Positions 53,971-63,533 are shown, counted from the stretch's first letter. The stretch: 64,000 nucleotides of DNA from an uncultured Acidimicrobiales bacterium (GCA_963829955.1 CAWHKS010000004.1:4402-68401), one strand, 5' to 3'. The notes: a model not told the origin generated them from the letters alone. A program made the numbers and translations.

Positions 53971-56034
53971 TCACACCCAGGAGGACGGCTCCTCCGTCCG
54001 ATCAGGCTCGGACTCGGGAGGCGCCGTAGTGGGATGGTGCTGTGCGGAGGTAGCGGCCGCCCGCCGGCGCCGCTTGGCGCGCAGATGTTGGATCCACCAC
54101 GCGGCCAGCACGACGGCGGCGGCGATGGTCACGAGGAGCCCGAGCCCGGACAGCGCCGTCGATCGCACCGTCAGGGGCATGGGGGGTGCCAGCGGCGCGT
54201 CGCCCTCGGGCGTCAGCAGCGCGGCAGTCACCCGGAACGTGCCGTTGCTCTTGGCCTCCACGGGCACGCGGAAGGGCGGGCTGTCGGAGGTGACGGTGAT
54301 GATCTGGTCGCCTTCGGGGAAGCTCAGCTTCGGGCTGGTGAGGCGCACCTTCACCTTGAGCGGCTCGGGCCACGTCGTGCGCACGCTGATGGGGATCGTG
54401 GTGCGGCGGCTCGTGATGGTGAACTGCCGCCGGTCCATCGGCACGATGCTGCCCGTCACCGCGCCGAGCTCGTCGTCGACGGCACCCAGGAAGCCGGCGC
54501 GCTGCTCGGTGGTCAGGTCCTCGGCCAGTGACAGGTCCAGCAGGGATGACAGCTCGGGCTCCATCGGGTCTGCCTCGTCGAGCATGGAGGTCACCTGACC
54601 GACGGACAGGCGCCGCTGCGCGATGGAGCCGGCGATCTCGGTGCGGTCCGCGACCTCGCCGTCGGGCGGGGGGATGGCCAGCCGGCCGGTGCCGTCGAAG
54701 GTCTTGGCCGCGGCCGTCGTGGCGAAGAGCGTGCTCAGCTCGACGGGCTTCAGCTCCGGGATCTGGCCGAGCAGGTCCTCCAGGGTGCCCAGCAGGACGG
54801 CGTCGATGGGCACGCCATCGGGCAGCCGCACGGCCACGCCGCGGCCGGGCTGGTTGGCCTGCTCGGCCCGGAGGGTCAGGAGCTCGACGGCGACGTAGTG
54901 GGCGGCGAGAACGGGGTCGGGCGTGGCGACGATGCGCTGCAGCACCGAGCGTTCCAGGATGCTCGCCCGCACCACCCCACCGTCACTGACCGCCAGCTCG
55001 ACCGTGTGCGTGGGATCGGCCTGCAAACGCACGTCGGTGGTTGCATCTGCATCGACCGGCGCCGGTGGGAGCACGACGTTCAGCGTGCCGAGGTTCCGCA
55101 GGAGCTGCAGCCCGGCGTCGTCGATGACGGCCGGCGCCAGGAAGAGCGAGCGGTCGGGCGTCACCCCGGGGAACAGATCGCGCAGCGTGTCCTCGCCCTG
55201 GGCCAGCAGCCGGGTGTAGTCGACGGAGAGCCCGGAGCGGGCGCTGCTCGACGGGTCCATCGTGACGTACGGCCGGGAGAGCACCTGCCGGCCGCGCAGC
55301 GCGACCGTCAGGTCCTCGACGATCTGTTGGTCCTCCGGAGAACTGCTCGTCGAAAGTCGCTCCAGGAGCTCGGGGGGCAGACCCACGGTGGTGGGTGCGT
55401 CGGGGTTGTGCTGAAGGGCGGCGATGAGCTGGGTCAGGTCGGTCCGGACCTGCTCGTCGACGAGGATCGAGCCGTTGATCTGCGCGGCCGGCGGGCTCGT
55501 CACCGAGGCCACGAGCGCCACCGACATGGGCACGACCGGCACCGTGTCGTCCCGGCGCTCCACGAAGCTGAGCAGCGAGGCGAGGATGTCGTCTTCGGGC
55601 GTCCGTAGCTCGAACGTGACGGGGTACAGCCCGGGCGAGCTGAAGCGCAAGGTCGTCTCGCTGTCGTCGGTGGAGCGGCGGACGGTGGGCACCGTCAGGC
55701 TCAGGCGGCCGGCGGCGTCACGGGTCACGGCCGACAGCGGGACGGAGAAGAGGTCCACGGTGCCACCGAGCTCGTCCCCGTCGTCGAGCAGGCCGTGGAG
55801 GTCGTTACGAGGAGAGCGCAGTCGGGAGAACACAGTGATGACGAGCTGCGTGGTGTCGGGCACGGTGCCACTGACGGCCATCGTCGTCGTCAGCGCTTCC
55901 TCCGGGGACAGGACCAGCTTCTGGCTGACGAGCCGCAACGTGGTCGCGCCCGACGTCTGCGCCTGGGCGGGGACGGGTGTCAGCGCCGTCCCTACGAGCG
56001 CGGCGGCCGCAACCGCGAGCCACCCGCGCCTCAC
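53971..56034 (-). CDS. Large secreted, C-terminally membrane-anchored protein, Rv3909-like (DUF6049-type)
   Basis: Intact 687 aa. Signal peptide MRRGWLAVAAAALVGTALTPVPAQAQ. C-terminal TM helix LSGLGLLVTIAAAVVLAAWWI followed by a basic tail. Occupies the same place as Rv3909 in mycobacteria. The family name is from memory. Confidence 0.75.
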   Translation of the reverse strand: MRRGWLAVAAAALVGTALTPVPAQAQTSGATTLRLVSQKLVLSPEEALTTTMAVSGTVPDTTQLVITVFSRLRSPRNDLHGLLDDGDELGGTVDLFSVPLSAVTRDAAGRLSLTVPTVRRSTDDSETTLRFSSPGLYPVTFELRTPEDDILASLLSFVERRDDTVPVVPMSVALVASVTSPPAAQINGSILVDEQVRTDLTQLIAALQHNPDAPTTVGLPPELLERLSTSSSPEDQQIVEDLTVALRGRQVLSRPYVTMDPSSSARSGLSVDYTRLLAQGEDTLRDLFPGVTPDRSLFLAPAVIDDAGLQLLRNLGTLNVVLPPAPVDADATTDVRLQADPTHTVELAVSDGGVVRASILERSVLQRIVATPDPVLAAHYVAVELLTLRAEQANQPGRGVAVRLPDGVPIDAVLLGTLEDLLGQIPELKPVELSTLFATTAAAKTFDGTGRLAIPPPDGEVADRTEIAGSIAQRRLSVGQVTSMLDEADPMEPELSSLLDLSLAEDLTTEQRAGFLGAVDDELGAVTGSIVPMDRRQFTITSRRTTIPISVRTTWPEPLKVKVRLTSPKLSFPEGDQIITVTSDSPPFRVPVEAKSNGTFRVTAALLTPEGDAPLAPPMPLTVRSTALSGLGLLVTIAAAVVLAAWWIQHLRAKRRRRAAATSAQHHPTTAPPESEPDRTEEPSSWV

Positions 56035-56786
56035 GGTCGGCTCCCGAGCGCCGAGCCGAGCACGGTGAGGCCGTCGGGGAGCGGCGTGAAGCCGAGGCGG
56101 CGGTACAGCGCGAGTGCGCGGTGGTTGTCGTGATGGGTGTTGACCAGCGCCTCCCCGCAGCCTGTGGCCACCATCCAGCGGAGCCCGTCGACCACGAGCG
56201 CCGTCCCCCAGCCCTGGCCGGTCGCCTCAGGACGGACGGCGAGCCGCTGGATGTACCCCGTTGCCCCCGCCCGGCCGTGCACGACGTAGCCGACCGGGCC
56301 AGAAACCGGCCCGCGGCCGTCGTCCGCTACCCGCAGGCGGTGGCGCGGCGTGGCGCGGCAGGCGTCGAGGATGGCGGCCCGGTCCAGGTGCCAGGGGTCG
56401 CCGAAGGCCGCGGCGTCCACCTCCGGCAGGAGTGCCCAGTCGGCGCGCGTCGCCCGCCGCAGCTTGCGGGCCGGGCGGGCCGGACGCCCGTCGAGCGGCC
56501 GGCTCAGCAGCACGAGCTCCTCGAGGGCGTCGAAGCCGGCCTCGCGGTACGGGCGCTGGTCGGGAGCGGCGAGCGCCGCGGTCCGCACCTGCGCGTAGCC
56601 GAGCCGCGACAGGCCTCCCAGCCAGCGTGCGATCTCCTGGGCCGAGGGCAGGACGGCGCCCGGCACGGGGACGACCTGGGCCGTCGTCTCGTCAGCCGGC
56701 CACGGGCGCACGCGCACGGCGGCTGCGCCGGCCCGGAGCACCACCTCGGGGCCGGTCAGGCGACGGCTGAACCGGACCACTCCCAT
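56031..56786 (-). CDS. GNAT family N-acetyltransferase
   Basis: ...GYIQRLAVRPEATGQGWGTALVVDGLRWM...HDNHRALALYRRLGF is the acetyl-CoA binding motif A (Q/RxxGxG/A). The stop overlaps the next gene's start by 4 nt. The ATG 56786 start is the longest option. Confidence 0.7.
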   Translation of the reverse strand: MGVVRFSRRLTGPEVVLRAGAAAVRVRPWPADETTAQVVPVPGAVLPSAQEIARWLGGLSRLGYAQVRTAALAAPDQRPYREAGFDALEELVLLSRPLDGRPARPARKLRRATRADWALLPEVDAAAFGDPWHLDRAAILDACRATPRHRLRVADDGRGPVSGPVGYVVHGRAGATGYIQRLAVRPEATGQGWGTALVVDGLRWMVATGCGEALVNTHHDNHRALALYRRLGFTPLPDGLTVLGSALGSRP

Positions 56787-56804
56787 GACGGTAGCGTTCG
56801 ACTC

Positions 56805-57821
56805 GTGGGCCTCCTCTTCGCCACGCACCCCCGATATCTGGAGCACATGGCGACGCCCTATCACCCGGAACGGCCGGAACGGCTGGGCGCAGTGCTCGAC
56901 GGAGCGCATTCGACGCCGGTGGCTGACGCGCTCGTGCCCCTGGAGCCGCGCCACGCGACCCGGGACGAGCTGGAGCGGGTCCATCCCGGCGACTACCTGG
57001 ACCAGCTGCAGTACATCTCCGAGGTCGAGGGCGGCGGCTACCTGGACCCTGACACTGCGGCCTGCCCGGCGACGTGGGAGGCCTGCCTGCTCGGGGCCGG
57101 CGGAGTGCTGCGGGCGGCCGAAGCGCTGGCCGCCGGGGAGGCACCGGCCGCGTTCTGCGCCGTGCGCCCGCCCGGGCACCACGCCACCCGCAACCGGGCC
57201 ATGGGCTTCTGCCTCGTCAACAACGTGGCGGTCACCGCGGCGGCGCTGGCCGAGCAGGGCGAGCGGGTGCTCATCGTCGACTACGACGCACATCACGGCA
57301 ACGGGACGCAGGACATCTTCTACGAGCACCCGACCGTGTTCTACGTGTCGTTCCACCAGTGGCCGCTCTACCCCGGCACCGGCGGCATGGCCGAGCGTGG
57401 TGACGGCGCGGGGTTTGGTTGCAACCTCAACATCCCGCTGCCGCCGCGGGCGACGGGCGAGGTCTACCTGGAGGCCATCGACCGGATCGTGGCCCCGCTC
57501 GTCGGCTCGTTCGAGCCCACCTGGCTCATCATCTCGGCCGGGTTCGACGCCCACCGGCGCGACCCCATCACGGATCTCGGTCTCACGTCGGGCGACTACG
57601 CGCTGATGACCGCCCGCCTGCTGGAGCTGGTGCCGGCCGGCCGCTGGCTGATGGTGCTGGAGGGCGGGTACGACCTCCGGGCCCTCGCCGACTCGTCGGC
57701 GGCGGCGATGGCCGCGTTGCTCGGCGTCGAGCACCTGCCGGAGAAGCCATCCTCGGGTGGTCCCGGTCAGCGGGCGCTGGACGCGGTGGTCGGCCACTGG
57801 GCCGATCTGCTCCCGGCCTGA
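56805..57821 (+). CDS. Histone deacetylase-family (class II HDAC/AcuC-like) deacetylase
   Basis: ...THPRYLEH...YHPERPERL...RPPGHHA......GFCLVNNVAV...IVDYDAHHGNGTQDIF...SFHQWPLYPGTG...ISAGFDAH..DP...LEGGY are classic HDAC motifs. Start is either GTG 56805, or ATG 56785 if one more indel is assumed. Confidence 0.88.
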   Translation: MGLLFATHPRYLEHMATPYHPERPERLGAVLDGAHSTPVADALVPLEPRHATRDELERVHPGDYLDQLQYISEVEGGGYLDPDTAACPATWEACLLGAGGVLRAAEALAAGEAPAAFCAVRPPGHHATRNRAMGFCLVNNVAVTAAALAEQGERVLIVDYDAHHGNGTQDIFYEHPTVFYVSFHQWPLYPGTGGMAERGDGAGFGCNLNIPLPPRATGEVYLEAIDRIVAPLVGSFEPTWLIISAGFDAHRRDPITDLGLTSGDYALMTARLLELVPAGRWLMVLEGGYDLRALADSSAAAMAALLGVEHLPEKPSSGGPGQRALDAVVGHWADLLPA

Positions 57822-57847
57822 CACCTCTGCCGCCGTAGCCTCTGCGC

Positions 57848-59260
57848 GTGGTCCCCGACCGCTTCGCCCCGCTCCTGGCCGAGCTCTCGCCGCTCGCCGA
57901 CCGGTTCCGGGGCGCGGGCCGGCGGCTGTACCTCGTGGGCGGCACGGTGCGGGACCTCCTGGTGGGGCGGGAGGGTGGTTGGGACGTTGACGCCACGACC
58001 GACGCGTGCCCCGACGAGATCAAGTCCATCCTCGACGGCTGGGCCGACGCGCTGTGGACGCAGGGAGAGCGCTTCGGGACCATCGGCGCCCGCCGGGGCG
58101 GGCTGGACTACGAGATCACCACCCACCGCGCCGAGGCCTACGACCCGGAGTCCCGCAAGCCCGACGTCCGGTTCGCCGACGCCATCGAGGTCGACCTCTC
58201 GCGCCGGGACTTCACCGTCAACGCCATGGCGCTGGAGTTGACGAGCGACGCGCCGACGCTGGTGGATCCCTTCGGCGGCGCCGCCGACCTCGCTGCCCAC
58301 GTCCTGCGCAGCCCCATCCCCCCGGAGGAGAGCTTCAGCGACGACCCGCTGCGGATGCTGCGGGCCGCCCGCTTCCTCGCCGGCTACTACCTGGAGCCGG
58401 TGCCCGAGCTGGTCGACGCGGTGGTGGCCATGCATCATCGGCTCTCGATCGTGTCGGCCGAGCGCATACGCGACGAGCTGGACAAACTCATCGTCGTCGA
58501 GCGGCCGGGACCCGGCCTGTGGTTCGCGATCGACACCGGGCTGGCCGAGGAGTTCCTGCCCGAGCTGCCGGCCATGCGCCTGGAGCAGGATCCGATCCAC
58601 CGCCACAAGGACGTCCTGAGCCACACGATCGCCGTCGTCGAGAACGTCCGCCCGCCCGCCCGGCGCGCGGGCGAGCGCTCGTTCGACTTCCGGCGCACGC
58701 GCCTGGCCGCGCTGTTCCACGACATCGGCAAGCCGAAGACGCGCGGCTACCGCAAGGGCAAGGGCGTGACCTTCCACCACCACGAGGTGGTCGGTGCCCG
58801 GATGACCCGCGACCGCCTGCAGGCTCTGCGCTACTCGAACGCCGACGTCGACGTCATCACGCGGTTGGTCGAGCTCCACCTGCGCTTCCACACCTACAAG
58901 ATGGGCTGGACGGACGCCGCCGTCCGGCGCTACGTGCGCGACGCCGGTGACCTGCTGGGCGAGCTCAACGTGCTGACCCGCTGCGACTGCACGACCCGCA
59001 ACGAGCGCAAGGCCGCCATGCTCGCCGCCCGCATGGACGAGCTGGAGGCCCGCATCGACGTGCTCGCCGCGCAGGAGGAGCTGAAGGCCATTCGGCCGGA
59101 GCTGGACGGCCACCAGGTGATGGAGCGCCTCGGCCTCCCGCCCGGCCCGGTGGTGGGGGAGGCCGTGTCCTACCTGCTCGAGCTCCGCCTGGAGGAAGGG
59201 GTGCTCGGCGAAGAGGAGGCCGGCCGACGCCTCGACGCCTGGTGGGCCGCCCGAGGGTAG
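57848..59260 (+). CDS. cca: CCA tRNA nucleotidyltransferase (PcnA-type, with HD domain)
   Basis: Intact 470 aa. LYLVGGTVRDLLVGR...DVDATT...RDFTVNAMAL...DDPLRMLRAARF...HRHKDVLSHT...ALFHDIGKP. Confidence 0.9.
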   Translation: MVPDRFAPLLAELSPLADRFRGAGRRLYLVGGTVRDLLVGREGGWDVDATTDACPDEIKSILDGWADALWTQGERFGTIGARRGGLDYEITTHRAEAYDPESRKPDVRFADAIEVDLSRRDFTVNAMALELTSDAPTLVDPFGGAADLAAHVLRSPIPPEESFSDDPLRMLRAARFLAGYYLEPVPELVDAVVAMHHRLSIVSAERIRDELDKLIVVERPGPGLWFAIDTGLAEEFLPELPAMRLEQDPIHRHKDVLSHTIAVVENVRPPARRAGERSFDFRRTRLAALFHDIGKPKTRGYRKGKGVTFHHHEVVGARMTRDRLQALRYSNADVDVITRLVELHLRFHTYKMGWTDAAVRRYVRDAGDLLGELNVLTRCDCTTRNERKAAMLAARMDELEARIDVLAAQEELKAIRPELDGHQVMERLGLPPGPVVGEAVSYLLELRLEEGVLGEEEAGRRLDAWWAARG

Positions 59261-59287
59261 GAGTCGGCCGGCGCCGGGTCGCGCCAG

Positions 59288-59867
59288 CTACACGCCGAGC
59301 TTCTTGGCCCGCATGACGAGGGCCGCCGGGATCAGACGCGCCCGCCTGACCGAGGGGCAGGGGCTCGGCCATGACGTCCACCCGGAAGCTGGCCCGCATG
59401 ACGGCCATGAAGTAGTCGCTCGTCGTCCGGGTGCCGGCGCCGTAGCCCCGCCGCAGCACCACCTCGCCGCCTTCGAGCATGGCCGCCATGGGGTGGGGAA
59501 CGGCGAACACGAGCGAGGCTTCCGGCCGCAACACACGGTGAGCCTGGCGGAGGACGCGGGCGAGGTCGTCGACGATGTCGAACGCGGTCGAGAACACGAG
59601 GTCGACCGAGCCGCTGGTGGCGAAGCCGAGGTCGGCGATGTCGCCTCCGTGGAACTCGACGTGCATTCCGGCCTGCTCGGCCTGCTCCCGCCCGTCGGCC
59701 AGGGCCTCGGCGGGCACCGCGGCCATCGCCCGGGCGCCGCGCTCCGCGAAGGCGATGGCGTTGGCGGTACCACCCAGCTCGATCACCCGCTTGCCGGCGA
59801 CGTCGCCGCACAGCCGCAGCTCACCCTCGTCGGGGACGCCCGTTCCGTAGGAGATGGCGCTCACCAT
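59288..59867 (-). CDS. Class I SAM-dependent methyltransferase, one frameshift near the 3' end
   Basis: MVSAISYGTGVPDEGELRLCGDVAGKRVIELGGTANAIAFAERGA (motif I-like) ...VDLVFSTAFD...VLRPEASLVFAVPHP... The last about 15 aa (...LIPAALVMRAKKLGV*) are in the frame of ORF 59288..59773. 580 nt, remainder 1. Confidence 0.7.
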
Positions 59868-59946
59868 CGCGCCATGATGACCCTCTCCCGGCCCCGTGCG
59901 GTGGATGGCGGCGGGCGCCCGGTCGCGGGCGCGGTACCGTCCAGCG

Positions 59947-61152
59947 ATGGCCAGGACGGTGTTGCGGGGCGGCAGGATCTTCGACGGGACGGACCAGCTC
60001 CGCGACGGGGACGTGGTTGTCGAGGACGGGCGCATCCTGGAGGTGGGGCTCGGTCTCGACGGTGACAGCGCGGTCGACTGCACGGGCCACACCCTGCTCC
60101 CCGGCCTGTTCGATTGCCACGTCCACCTCGCCGTCACCGACATCAACTCGCTGCGGCGCCAGCAGACCCCGTTCTCGCTCAACTTCTACGAGGCCATTGA
60201 GAACATGCGGGTGACCCTGGCCGCGGGCATCACGACCGTGCGCGACGCCGCCGGCGCGGACCTCGGGATGAAGACCGCGGTGGAACAGGGCCTGGTCCCA
60301 GGCCCGCGGATGCAGATCTCGATCACCATGCTGAGCCAGACCGGCGGCCACGGCGACGACTGGCAGGTTTGCGGCGCCCACGTCCCCGCCTTCTACGTGC
60401 CCTACCCGGGCGTCCCCGAGCCGATCGTGGACGGCCCGGACGAGATGCGCCGCCGGGTCCGCGAGCTCGTCCGTGCCGGTGCCGACGTCATCAAGGTCGC
60501 TACGAGCGGCGGGGTGCTGTCCCCGAGGGACGACCCCCGCCACGGCCACTTCCGCGATGCCGAGCTCGCCGTCCTGGTCGAGGAGGCGACGGCCGCCGAC
60601 CGCTTCGTGATGGCGCACGCCCAGGCGACCGAGGGGATCAAGGCCGCCATCCGGACCGGCATCCGGTCCATCGAGCACGGTATCTACCTGGACGACGAGG
60701 CCATCGAGATGATGCTCGAACGGGGGACCTTCCTCGTGCCGACGCTGGTGGCCCCGCTCGGCGTGCTCGAGGCTCGCGACCGCGGCATCCCCGTCCCGCA
60801 GGTGATGATCGACAAGACGGTCATGGTGATGGAGACGCACGCGGCCTCCATCCGCGCTGCCGTCGACGCCGGGGTCAAGGTGGCGATGGGCACTGACAGC
60901 GGCGTCGCCCCGCACGGCCAGAACCTGCGGGAGCTGGAGCTGATGGTCGGGTGCGGCATGACGCCTGCGCAGGCCCTCGTCTCGACCACCGCGACGGCGG
61001 CGGAGCTGATGGGCCTGGAGGGCGAGCTGGGCGCGCTGGAGAAGGGCAAGCGGGCCGACGTCGTGGTCGTCGAGGGTGACCCGCTGGCCGATCTGTCAGA
61101 GCTGCGGGCGAGTGTGCGCCAGGTCTGGAAGGACGGCATCCGGGTCGTGTGA
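59947..61152 (+). CDS. Amidohydrolase family protein (imidazolonepropionase/prolidase-like metal hydrolase)
   Basis: MARTVLRGGRIFDG...LLPGLFDCHVHL...GITTVRDAGG...IKVATSGGV...AHAQ...SIEHG...GTDSG...KRADVVVVEGDPL. The track ORF starts at 59896. Confidence 0.85.
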   Translation: MARTVLRGGRIFDGTDQLRDGDVVVEDGRILEVGLGLDGDSAVDCTGHTLLPGLFDCHVHLAVTDINSLRRQQTPFSLNFYEAIENMRVTLAAGITTVRDAAGADLGMKTAVEQGLVPGPRMQISITMLSQTGGHGDDWQVCGAHVPAFYVPYPGVPEPIVDGPDEMRRRVRELVRAGADVIKVATSGGVLSPRDDPRHGHFRDAELAVLVEEATAADRFVMAHAQATEGIKAAIRTGIRSIEHGIYLDDEAIEMMLERGTFLVPTLVAPLGVLEARDRGIPVPQVMIDKTVMVMETHAASIRAAVDAGVKVAMGTDSGVAPHGQNLRELELMVGCGMTPAQALVSTTATAAELMGLEGELGALEKGKRADVVVVEGDPLADLSELRASVRQVWKDGIRVV

Positions 61153-61170
61153 CCCGTTGGCGGCGCTCCG

Positions 61171-61194
61171 TCAGGTCGCGTCAGGTCGCGTCAG
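61171..61194. repeat. 10-bp tandem repeat (tcaggtcgcg x2.4) spanning the ino1 stop codon
   Basis: Read directly: tcaggtcgcg tcaggtcgcg tcag. The ino1 stop is the tca of the second copy (61181-61183). Confidence 0.8.
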
Positions 61195-62260
61195 TTGTGC
61201 CGGCGGCGAACTCCTCGACCATCAGGCGGGCCTCCTCGTCGCGATACTGCACCGGCGGCGACTTCATGAAGTAGGCCGACGGGCCGAGCAGCGGTCCGCC
61301 CAGGCCGCGGTCCTTGGCGACCTTGGCGCAGCGGACGGCGTCGATGATGACGCCCGCCGAGTTGGGGGAGTCCCAGACCTCGAGCTTGAGCTCGACGTTG
61401 AGCGGCACGTCGCCGAAGTTGCGGCCCTCGAGGCGGATGTAGGCCCACTTGCGGTCCTGCAGCCAGGCCACGTGGTCCGACGGGCCGATGTGGACGTCGT
61501 CGGCCTCGATGCCGTTGTCGATCTGGCTGGTGACCGATTGCGTCTTGGAGATCTTCTTGGACTCCAGCCGCTCGCGCTCCAGCATGTTCTTGAAGTCCAT
61601 GTTCCCGCCCACGTTGAGCTGGTAGGTGCGATCGAGCACCATGCCCCGGTCCTCGAACAGGCGGGCCAGGATGCGGTGCACGATGGTGGCGCCGACCTGG
61701 CTCTTGATGTCGTCGCCGACGATCGGCACGCCGGCGGCCTCGAACTTCGCCGCCCACTCGGGGTCGGAGGCGATGAACACAGGGATGGCGTTGACGAACG
61801 CCACGCCGGCGTCGAGGCAGGCCTGGGCGTAGTGCTTCTGTGCGGCCTCGGAACCCACGGGGAGGTAGGAGACCAGCACGTCGGCACGGGCGTCGCGCAG
61901 GGCCTGGGCCACGTCGACCGGCTCCGCCGGCGACTCCTCGACGACCTGCCGGTAGTACTTCCCGAGCCCGTCGAGGGTCGGGCCCCGCAGCACGGGCACG
62001 CCCAGGTCGGGCACATCGGCGAACTTCACCGTGTTGTTGTGGCCGGCCAGGAGGGCCTTGCCGACGTCGAGGCCGACCTTCGTGGCGTCGACGTCGAACG
62101 CGGCGACGACCTCGATGTCGCGGATGTGGTACCCACCGAGGACGACGTGCATGAGACCGGGCACGGACTCGTTGGGGTCGGCGTTCTCGTAGTACTCGAG
62201 GCCCTGCACCAGGGAGCTGGCGCAGTTCCCGACGCCGGCGATGGCGAGGCGGATGGTCAT
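61181..62260 (-). CDS. ino1: Inositol-3-phosphate synthase (myo-inositol-1-phosphate synthase)
   Basis: Intact 359 aa. [18 protein letters not shown]...SYLPVGS...[11 protein letters not shown]...[12 protein letters not shown]...[10 protein letters not shown]...SKKISKT is the bacterial/archaeal MIPS pattern, with a PadR regulator upstream as in mycobacteria (Rv0046c/Rv0047c). Confidence 0.95.
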   Translation of the reverse strand: MTIRLAIAGVGNCASSLVQGLEYYENADPNESVPGLMHVVLGGYHIRDIEVVAAFDVDATKVGLDVGKALLAGHNNTVKFADVPDLGVPVLRGPTLDGLGKYYRQVVEESPAEPVDVAQALRDARADVLVSYLPVGSEAAQKHYAQACLDAGVAFVNAIPVFIASDPEWAAKFEAAGVPIVGDDIKSQVGATIVHRILARLFEDRGMVLDRTYQLNVGGNMDFKNMLERERLESKKISKTQSVTSQIDNGIEADDVHIGPSDHVAWLQDRKWAYIRLEGRNFGDVPLNVELKLEVWDSPNSAGVIIDAVRCAKVAKDRGLGGPLLGPSAYFMKSPPVQYRDEEARLMVEEFAAGTTDAT

Positions 62261-62931
62261 GATGGCGGGTCCTCCTCCCGGCTCGTGCTGCTCTTGCTGG
62301 TGGTGAGCGCGGCGCGCTCGTCAGCGATCAGCTCGTCGAGCCAGGCGATGTCGTGCTGGATGGTCTGGGTGTCGTGCTCCCGTAGGGAGCGAAGGTAGTG
62401 GTCCAGCCGGTCGGCGACCGTCGCACGACGGTCGGGACGGTGGGACCGTTCGGCGGCCAGGCGACCGGCGAGGGCGGCCCGGCGTCGCTCGAAGAGCTCG
62501 AGGCGCCGGGAGGACGGCAGGTAGCGGCAGAACGCCACCTTGAGGGGGAAGGCCCGGTCGTCGGTGGCCGGGTCCTCCATGAGATCGACGAGTAGCTGCT
62601 GGCCCGCCTCGGTGAGAACGTACGCCTTGCGGGCTCGTCGGCCGCGCGGGCCTCCGGGGCGCTCGGCCCGGCTGCGGGTGCGGGCGAGGAATGCCGCGGC
62701 CTCGCCGGCGAGCGAGCCGGTCAGGGGGAGTGCAGCCTCGTCGGCCGCGGGCGTGTCGGTGGCGTCCACTATCCGCACCGCGCCGGCCGCCTCGAGACGC
62801 GACAGCGCAGGGTAGAGGGCGCCGAACGACACGGCCGGGCGCAGACCGGCGAGCTCGGTGGCGCGCTTGCGCAGCTCGTAGCCGTGCAGGTCCTGCTCAC
62901 TGAGGAGTCCGAGGATGGCCAAATCGATCAT
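62257..62931 (-). CDS. PadR family transcriptional regulator
   Basis: [50 protein letters not shown] (PadR winged helix) plus a C-terminal helical domain. The stop overlaps the ino1 start. The track ORF reaches 63003, but that extension contains the operator palindrome. Confidence 0.88.
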   Translation of the reverse strand: MIDLAILGLLSEQDLHGYELRKRATELAGLRPAVSFGALYPALSRLEAAGAVRIVDATDTPAADEAALPLTGSLAGEAAAFLARTRSRAERPGGPRGRRARKAYVLTEAGQQLLVDLMEDPATDDRAFPLKVAFCRYLPSSRRLELFERRRAALAGRLAAERSHRPDRRATVADRLDHYLRSLREHDTQTIQHDIAWLDELIADERAALTTSKSSTSREEDPPS

Positions 62932-62976
62932 GGGGTGTCGATCATGAGGGGTCGGGGGGCGAACGCATTCGGAGTC

Positions 62977-62997
62977 GATGTATCGCTTCGATACATC
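62977..62997. promoter_or_regulatory. Perfect 9-3-9 inverted repeat, candidate PadR operator
   Basis: GATGTATCG-CTT-CGATACATC lies 46-66 nt upstream of the PadR ATG. It contains ATGT...ACAT half-sites reminiscent of described PadR operators, though the spacing differs from the classic ATGT-N8-ACAT. Confidence 0.5.
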
Positions 62998-63111
62998 TAT
63001 CACGCGACTCCGTACCTCGCAACGCGGCGTCGCGAGCGGCGCCTCCGGGGGCCGGGGAGAGCGCCGCGGACCGGACGCGCCGCCTGGCGCCGCCCGCTAC
63101 CCTCTCGCCGC

Positions 63112-63525
63112 ATGGCGTTCCAGGCGTCGTCGTTGCGGGGGGTCGGCTCCGGTGTCATCGATCACCGCCTGGCCCGGCGGGCGTTGATCCGGGAGTACCG
63201 GAAAGGGCGCCTGGCGCAGCACCAGGTCTGCGACGCCCACCCGGAGCTCATCCGCGCCGCGCGCTCCATCGGCCAGCCGACGCAGACCGACTGCCCGATC
63301 TGCGAGGCCGAGAAGCTGGTGCTCGTCACGTACGCGTTCGGGCCCCGGTTACCCGCTCACGGGCGGTGCATCACCGACACCCGCCAGCTGCACGAGCTCA
63401 ACCGGCGCGCCGAGGCGTACGCGGCGTACGTGGTGGAGGTGTGCCCCGACTGTTCGTGGCACCACCTCCTGCGCGTCCTGCCCCTGGGCAGCCGCCCCGC
63501 CCGGCGCACGTCCGGCACCGGCTGA
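63112..63525 (+). CDS. DUF5318-like zinc-ribbon protein (Rv0049-like by position)
   Basis: MAFQASSLRGVGSGVIDHRLARRALIREYRKGRLAQHQVCDAHPELIRAARSIGQPTQTDCPICEAEKLVLVTYAFGPRLPAHGRCI...VVEVCPDCSWHHLL. The family name is from memory. Confidence 0.75.
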   Translation: MAFQASSLRGVGSGVIDHRLARRALIREYRKGRLAQHQVCDAHPELIRAARSIGQPTQTDCPICEAEKLVLVTYAFGPRLPAHGRCITDTRQLHELNRRAEAYAAYVVEVCPDCSWHHLLRVLPLGSRPARRTSGTG

Positions 63526-63533
63526 CGCGCGCT

